A stretch of DNA of 64,000 nt from the human T2T-CHM13v2.0 reference genome, Homo sapiens. The notes under the pieces are model-generated. The model had not been told where the DNA came from, ran no database searches, and worked only from the letters and a program-made list of their open reading frames with translations. Positions 56,688-64,000 of the stretch are shown here, in pieces (the first letter of the stretch is position 1; every line of letters begins with the position of its first letter). A program made the position numbers and the translations under genes. The DNA is taken from NCBI RefSeq assembly GCF_009914755.1, contig NC_060947.1, one strand, 5' to 3'.

Positions 56688-57545
56688 CACTTTTTATTTT
56701 GAAATAATTAAAACTTACAGGACAGGTGCAAGAATAGTGTAAATAACTCTTGTATACCTTTATCTAGATTCACTAATTGTTCATATTTTGTTGCATTTAT
56801 CCCTTCTCTCCCCCACACTAATTCATGTTCATATATATGTGAATTTTTTTGCTGAACCATTTAGGAGTAGGCAGCTGTCATCAAACTCCCTTTACCCCTT
56901 GCATTTCCCAAGAATGAGAATATTCTCTTGTATATGTACAGCTATCAAATTTAGAAAATATAATATTTATTTCATACTTTTATGTAACCTGTGTCCCAAT
57001 AATGCCCTTTATCACAATTTTCTTAAGGTTCACAATCTAGTCCTGGATCCCACATTGCATTTAGTTGTCCTGTCTCTTTTGTCCCCGTTAATCAAGAACA
57101 GTTCATAACTCTTCCTTTGTCTTCAGTGGCCTTGACATTTTTGAAGAATACCAGCCAGTTGTTTTATAGAATGTTCCTTAATTTTGGTTTCTCTGATGTT
57201 TCTTCACATTTACATTTGGATTTAGGCATTTTTCAGTTGGAATGCTATATAGGCATGTAAGTGATTTGTTCTCTGGGGACCATATCAGGAGGCACAGATG
57301 TCCATTTGGCCCTTGTTGGTGAGGTCACATTTGATTAGTTAAGCTGGTGTCTGTGTAGCTGTTCTTTTTCCTTTTGTAATGAACAAATATAATTTGTTGG
57401 AAGATATTTTGACATTATGTAAATATCCCATTCCTCATCAAACTCTCTCCACCTAGCTTTAGCATTCATTGAGGATTCTTGCCTGGATAATGATTTACTC
57501 TAATGGTTTCATCCATCATCCCTTCTATATTTGTTAGTCCAAAAT
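56688..57545 (-). mobile_element. L1MC-type 3' fragment
   Basis: ttttattttgaaataatt..acttacagga..cacattgcatttagttgtc..ccttgacatttttgaagaatacc..gttttatagaatgt. Confidence 0.8.
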
Positions 57546-58736
57546 AGTCTTTGATTGGGTGGGAAGGCATACTAAGCCTGCCGATCTTAGTAGCTGAGCT
57601 CACAGGGAGGAAGGGCCTTGATTTCCTCCTTGGACTCTGACTGACAGCTCTTTTGAAGCAGTCCTGTTCTGTTGGGTGTATGTTTTGACACATGTAGTAA
57701 CTCATTTTGGAAATACTTATTTTTTACTAGATAACTTTCAAATAAGTTTTTAAATACTTTACAAAAAAATGGTAGGATGTTGGTTGCATATGTTATCATT
57801 TATTTTTGTGGCATCTGCTGGAAAATTGCACCTGGTTCTTTTACACAGTGTTGATCAACAGAAACCTGATCATGATGATAGCAATAATAATATCTTCTCA
57901 CCATCTGAACCCTGCTCCAGAGAAAGGGATGAAATTAGAGAGATTGTTTGAATTCTGAGAAGGATGGTTGGACTAAAAAGGAAAACCAGCTATTGGAAGC
58001 AGATGAATTAAGTAAAACATGAATTTCCAGGAATGTTTCAAAATACTTGTGTGGGAGTTCTTTTTGGAATGTTAAAGCAGTGAATGGCATTGCTTGGAAT
58101 TTTGTTTTTTTCTTTATTGATTTTGGTTCAAAACGAATCCTTAATCAGTTTCTAGCCAGTTCATTTTTGTCTATTTTTTGCAGCAATTTACTGTTTTGTT
58201 TTTGTTTTCTTTTTTCTTTCTTTTCTTTTTTTTTTTTTTTTTTTTTACTACAGTGGAAGGGGTTTTTATGGGAGAAACCTCTGATTATTGTTTTAGTGGG
58301 CCTAGAATATTAAGTTCTTGGTTTTGATTTTTGTCTTTTTAAATAGCTCTTTATAGCCCATAGTAAGAACAAAGGACTAATGGGGGATGTTTGGGAGGTT
58401 TCTCAGCTCTTATATGTTGTTATAACACTGGTTGTTACAGTTGCCATTAAGGTTAATGTTTTCAGAACAGCACCAAAAGCTATAAGCGGACATGAAGGAA
58501 AAGCAGCTGTTTTTCATAAAACTTACAGATGAACCAATGCTAGTTACTCCTGTGATGAGTGATCTAGAGCAGCCTTTCCCTAGTGTGTGTGTTCCTTGGA
58601 ATGTGCATGTGTGTATACACACAGAAGAGAGAAAAGGGAGAGTTAAGTTCATGGTCAAAGAAGTTTCAAAAACATTGCATATTGTAACTCCATATTGGAG
58701 AATCACAAGGTTAAAAGAGTATAGTTAATGCTTTGA

Positions 58737-59243
58737 ATGTTACACCTTTGCTAGAAAACAAACTACCCCAAAATTTAGTGGCGCTGAACAACAAACATAT
58801 ATCTTAGTCTGTGGTTGAGCTCAGTGGTTGTTCCAGTCTGGGCTAGGCCAGGCCAGGTGGTTGTAGCTGGGCTAGCGCATGTGTCCACAATCAGTGATAG
58901 GTCAGCTGAGGCCTAGCTGATCTAGATTGGCCTCATCTGGGATGTTCCCCCTGGCAGTGTCCTCTTATCGTCTAGCAGGCCAGCCTGGGCTTGTTCATAT
59001 GGTGATCACGGAATTCTGAGCATGCGAGCAGAAGTGCGCAAGGCCTTTCGAGATCCAGGCTTGGAACTCAGACAGTGCCACTTCTGAATTGCATTGGCCA
59101 AAGCAAGTCACAGAACCAAACCCAGATTCAAGGGTTTGAGAAATAGACTCCACCTCTCGATGGGAGGGCTTACAAGGTCTCATTGCAAATGGATGGGGAG
59201 ATACCGAAAGGGGAATGATTGCAGCCATTTTGACAATCTAGCA
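58737..59243 (-). mobile_element. MLT1 (F/G/H-like) MaLR LTR
   Basis: aacaaactaccccaaaatttagtggc..cagcctgggcttgttcatatgg..attggccaaagcaagtcaca..aaatagactccacctct. Confidence 0.8.
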
Positions 59244-59329
59244 GAGAGATCAACTAATACGTGACTGGCTATTATTTCTATGCGCATTTCTGGGTTTGGG
59301 AGAATTTGTAGGGGAGGAGGAAAAGAGAT

Positions 59330-59456
59330 ACAGATCATTTATAATTGCAGAAAGTAAAAATAAGACTTCAGTTGAGATTTAATGAGCTAATCTATTTCAA
59401 GTGCTTTGAACTCGCATGTAGTAAGAGCTCTATAAATGTTGCTGTTATTATTATCA
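59330..59456 (+). mobile_element. MIR 3' part
   Basis: gagatttaatgagctaat..aagtgctt..tagtaagagctctataaatgttgctgttattatt. Confidence 0.65.
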
Positions 59457-60673
59457 TGAATGCATATGTCACTTGAGGTCCTCAACCTCACTTAGAAGTG
59501 AAGCAGGAAGATTCATTTGACAACAAAATGAACAAAACTTCAGATACTTGTGCAAAACATATAATCAAGTGAAGGAATTTAAATAAAATACCCCCAGCAA
59601 AAATAGTCTGGAGCACAGAACAGACATTTTCCTCTGGGGGTTGAAGGTGGGAAGATGTGTCCAGTTTTGCCTTCTGTGACCAGTTCACCCTGTTGGGCTT
59701 GTTTCCAAGGTAAGGTCAGAGCTTGCCGGGTTCTTGCTAAACTGGAGTCTGTAATAAAGAGGGTACCCAGGTGTGAAGAGTTTTATGTTCTCAGGACTTG
59801 TTCTTTGTTTATTTAGTTAGCCTTTATTAAGTGCATTGGAGCCTTGGAGGGCTCTGCAGTGGCTTTTGTTGCATGATAAAGGTGGCACATAGCTTTTCTT
59901 TGGCTGACTTGGGCTCCCAAGTGAAAAAGGCAGAGAGGGCCCTGCCAGCTTCCCTGGCTCTGCCCCTTCAGGGCATTTCAGGGAGCAGTCCAGTGACTGA
60001 CGCCAAATGCCCTTGAGCACTGTGCCAGCCCTCTTGACTGGAAGCTGGGGAAGGAAACTTTCTCAGGCCCTCTCTCTCTTTGCTTCTATTTCCCCTTTCA
60101 TTTTGTGGTCTGAGCAGCCCCCGCCCCTCCTTGCGTAAACCCCTCTGCAGTTAGCATCAACAAATCCCAAGTTGTTTGTATGTGTGTCTAAAAGAAAAAT
60201 TCTCTGAGGATTAGAAGCAGACACAATAGAGGGAGTGCTCCCTTTTGCTTTAATCACTTCAGGCTCCTACGTGTTGACAGGAAGTTTTGTTAGTATCCAA
60301 GTTTAAGGAAAGGAGCATTCAGGGGTGGCATTTTTTTTCCTGCGTTGAATTCTTAAAGTAAGTTTGATAAGATATCTGGTAAACTACAAGCCGCTCCCTT
60401 TTTAAATAGGCTTCACTGCCCCCTTGGCCTGCCTGTAAAAGCGCTGCTCCCTTCAAAGGGACCCATAATCACGCCGAGTCTGTGGGTTGCACGACTATAC
60501 CCACTGGTCTTATCTGCAAGTTGAGTTTGATCTTCCTGGCTGAAACCTGTGAGATGTTCCTTTATGTCTCCACATTCTTTTCTTCCCTTTCTGCTCCCAA
60601 CCCCACCCCCAAATTAATTGGTGTCTGGTGACTTTTTCTACCGCTTCCTCTTGTTTTCTGTGGCTTTTGTCTA

Positions 60674-60883
60674 GGGCAGTGGGGGAGGGTGATTCTTCCC
60701 TCACCCCCAGGGGACATGTGGCAATGTCTGGAGACATTTTTGGTTGCCACAACTGGAGAAAAGGGGCATCTGGTGAGGAGAAGTGAAGGATGCTGCTAAA
60801 CCTCCTACAATGCACAGTGCAGCCCCCACAGCAGAGAATGATCCAGCCTCAAATGTCACCAGTGCCACCACAAGGAGCCCCTG
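60674..60883. mobile_element. MER20 hAT MITE
   Basis: ccccaggggacatgtggcaatgtctggagacatttttggttgccacaactgg..ggatgctgctaaacctcctacaatgcacag. Confidence 0.88.
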
Positions 60884-61567
60884 ATCTAGCAGGTTGCTTT
60901 CTGGTAGGGTGCTCCTGCTTCTGATATGGCTCCTCCCTCTCTCTCTTCTTCCTCAAGAGGACTGTTCTTGTGTCTAGTATTGGTTACATCACCCCTGCCC
61001 TTAAATAACTAAACTCACAGAAGGAGAAAATTTTTCCTTAAGGATGCTACTGACTCTGGAATCCTTGAGTTACATGTGAATAACTGGGTCGTGCATGTCA
61101 GCATTAAGAAATAATCACAGAACTCCTGATTCTGGTTTGCTCTGGGTGGCAGCTGTGCTGGGTTTACCAATGGAGGAACTTCATGGCTGCTCATCTTTGA
61201 CTCTTTTTCTGAGGAACCAAATCTCTCTGGGAGTGCTGGCTAACTCACCCCTTCTTCAAACACGCTGTGTGGCTTCAGGATATGGCTGCTGGCTTTAAAA
61301 AAGAAGGAAAAATAAATTAAGACACCCACACTGCAAGACAACCCCTGTGAGTATATGTTATACTGGGAATGCCCCATTTCTCAAATATTTATAAATATAT
61401 GGTCTCTTGGAGTGTTCTAGGTCTGTCATTTGGGAAGGTTAGACAGCCCTGGGCCACTATCCTTTTTCGTAAGCACAGGGCACTTTCACAAATACCAGAT
61501 TGACAGCTGGGTGATGCCAAGGGAATGGTGATGTGTTGCCCTGTGTATATCTGGGATGTGTTAGACA

Positions 61568-61674
61568 TCCCTCCCTTCCTTCTTTTTCTTTGTTTTCCCT
61601 CCCTCCTTCCCTTCTTCCCTTCCTTCTTTCTTTTTTCTTCCTCCCTCCTTCCCTTCTTCCCCTCCTTTCTTTCC
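61568..61674. repeat. Polypyrimidine (CCTT/CTT-rich) low-complexity tract
   Basis: About 105 nt almost entirely C/T, with internal repeats of ctccttcccttcttccc. Confidence 0.9.
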
Positions 61675-63059
61675 AAGCACATCAGTGAGAATGTAGCACA
61701 GCTTGGTTTTCTGAAGTCCGTCAACTACTGTGTACTGCTTGTCAAGAAGGGTGCTATATAAGCTGAAATGCTGCTCTAAATTTCACATTATCCCTTCCTG
61801 CTGCTCATTGAGTTATTTAATTAGAAGCTGCCATATTTTCTAGGGAAAACACTTTGAACAGAAGGCCTGATTTCACTGAGAATGGATGCCTTTATTATGT
61901 GTCAAGGAGCTAAAAATTGCTAGTAAGATGTCAGTGTGTATATGTATATGAAATACAGAAAAGTGCATGTACATATATGAAGAGCAATCAAAAGAGAAAT
62001 GCGAAGGGGTTGGAAAATGAAGAGGTGTCAGATCCAGTCGATGATTTGGTTCCTGCTCAGGAGTGTGTAAGCTTCAGTTGGCTCCAGTTTGGCTAACACT
62101 GCAATGCCTTTAGTGTCACTGAAGCCGACAAAGAAAGCTGACGCGTTGTTTTTCTAGGGGGAAAAAAAATGCTCTCCTTCCACATTCCCAGTGCAGACAA
62201 CAGCAGAAAACAGAAATGAGACCGTACTGCCCAGAGTCCACACAGACTCCAACTCAAAGTCTTTGAATTATGTATTCAATTCTTGCCACTTTGCACATTT
62301 TCCCTTAAAGAAAAGAGAAAAAAATCAGTTCATAGTAGCTCTTAAAAAGCATGGAGGGGCATTCAGGATTCAATTCATCCTGAGAGGCAGATTTTAAGTT
62401 TCATTCTTAGAAGGAGATTTCGTGTTTAGGGTATGACAGTGTGGAGTTCATAGGAAGGGATGTCAGCTAAAACCAACTGCATCCTGTCTTTTGAGTTTGT
62501 TTTACCTTTGGTGTCCCCTGTTGACATGTGCCTTTCACTTCGCTTGGAGACTCTCTGGATGTGCAGGCTGCTTCATGTCCTTTAGGCTCTTCTGTGGCAG
62601 CCAAGGGGGTTTCCTTTTTTCTTCCCTCTATTTCTGGGCCACAGAGAGGAAAGAACAAAGATGCTTTCCCTGCACTGACTCCAAGTTGAAGCTAGTCAAA
62701 CTCCCCTCTGAAAGGGGTTAATCATTTTAAAATAGCTCGAGAATAACTTGAAAGTGACTTTCAGTGAACGTGTCCAGAGATCTCTGGATTTAAATCCCCT
62801 CCCCTCCTCTCCCTCTCCAGCCAGGTCACCGGATGGGAATGGCTTATTTCTATCTGCCATTAGGTTTTTCAGCCCTGCCGAGAGAGACGCCAGTGCTGGA
62901 CTTTAATGTGGAGGAAATTCAGTTAAGGAGCATGACATTTCTCAGGTTTCTGGAGAGATGGATGTTTTGGCTTATGTTGAGTGCTACCGACCCCATTTGT
63001 CACCAGCAAGCAGGTGGATAGTCCCTTAACCTCTCAGAATGGGGTGAAGGGATGATTTG

Positions 63060-63630
63060 GACCCTTGCTACTCAAAGTGTGGTCCTTGGACTAGCAGTAT
63101 CGTCTCCCCTGGGAGCTGGTTAGAGATGCAGAATCAGGGCTCCACTGCTGACCGACTGAATCTGAATTTGCTGTTTAACATGATCCCCAGGTGATTCAGA
63201 CGCACATTAATGTTTCAGAAGCGCTGGTCCAGGGCAGTGGTTATCAAATTTGAGCATATATTGGAATTTGTTTCAACAATCCTATTAAAACACAGATTGC
63301 TCAGCCTTACTCTCAGAGTTTTGAATCTATCAGGTTTGGGTCAGGGCCAGAGAATCTGCATTTCATCCTTTTTTCTTTTTTTTTCAGACAAGGTCTCACT
63401 CTGCCGCCCAGGTTTGGGTACCGTGGCACAATCATAGCTCACTACAGCCTCAAATTCCTAGGCTGGTCTTGAACTGCTGGCCTCAAGTGATTCCCCTGCC
63501 TCAACCTCCCAAAGTGCTGGAATTTCAGGCGGGAGCCACCCTGCCAGCCAAATCTGCATTTCAAACAGGTTCCCTGGTGATGCCCATGCTTCTGGTGAGG
63601 TGGAGGAGCACACATTGGGAATAGCTGCTC
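63060..63630. mobile_element. Two adjacent MER5-type MITEs (63060-63231; 63232-63630, the second split by an Alu)
   Basis: gctactcaaagtgtggtcc..ccccaggtgattca..cagaagcgctg; cagtggttatcaaatttgagc..aatctgcatttcaaacaggttccc. Confidence 0.8.
63366..63550 (-). mobile_element. Internally deleted AluJ (~185 bp) with perfect 13-bp TSD
   Basis: Right-arm 3' part joined to left-arm 5' part at cctaggctg. TSD aatctgcatttca at 63353-63365 and 63551-63563. Confidence 0.85.
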
Positions 63631-64000
63631 TCGAGGAACCCTGGCCCTTCTGGCAGCCTTTATTTCTCTCTCCATGGAAACCCTCGCACCAGCCAGGCTA
63701 CCCTTGCCCCCTGCCTCATGCTTTTAATTCCCTTCCCCTTCCTCCTTTTGGAGAGGCCAGTACCTCCCCCTTATAAACCTCCCCCATTTCCTAGCTGTGA
63801 ATCCAAACCCACACTTTCCTTTCCTGGCCACTCTGAGCTTTCTCATCCCCCTTCAGTGGCCCCCCAGTTCTTCCCCTGGTGCCCCAGCCTTCCCAGTTAG
63901 ATTGCAAGCTCGAAGTGGGCCTCCCCCTCCCTCACTGTCCCCCTAATCCATCACCAGGATCATTCATTTCACTGCCCAGTGTCTCTCAGATCCCTCTTCT

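Overview
Primate (human-like) non-coding DNA, made up mostly of interspersed repeats: Alu J/S/Y, L1PA/L1M, L2, MIR, ERVL/MaLR solo LTRs, and hAT-Charlie/Tigger DNA transposons. I find no credible host protein-coding exon, rRNA, tRNA or CRISPR array. The only ORFs with real protein homology are broken L1 ORF2 remnants. All 12 recognisable L1 insertions have their primary orientation on the minus strand, which suggests the window lies inside a long intron of a + strand transcription unit. The best new signal is a perfect 31-bp-arm hairpin at 17234-17304 inside an old LTR; its sequence reconstructs exactly as a replication template-switch event, making it a candidate de novo miRNA-like stem. Other notable items: two neighbouring L1PA6/7 copies sharing apparently non-consensus substitutions, two twin-primed inverted L1s, a 3'-truncated U2 snRNA retrocopy with TSD, a consensus-like AluY, templated micro-insertions, perfect nuclear-receptor DR1/DR4/DR5 elements and several nested TE stacks. 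Repeat subfamily names come from recalled consensus sequences, not a database run. Boundaries of old repeats are approximate. I cannot support a new multi-gene system here.
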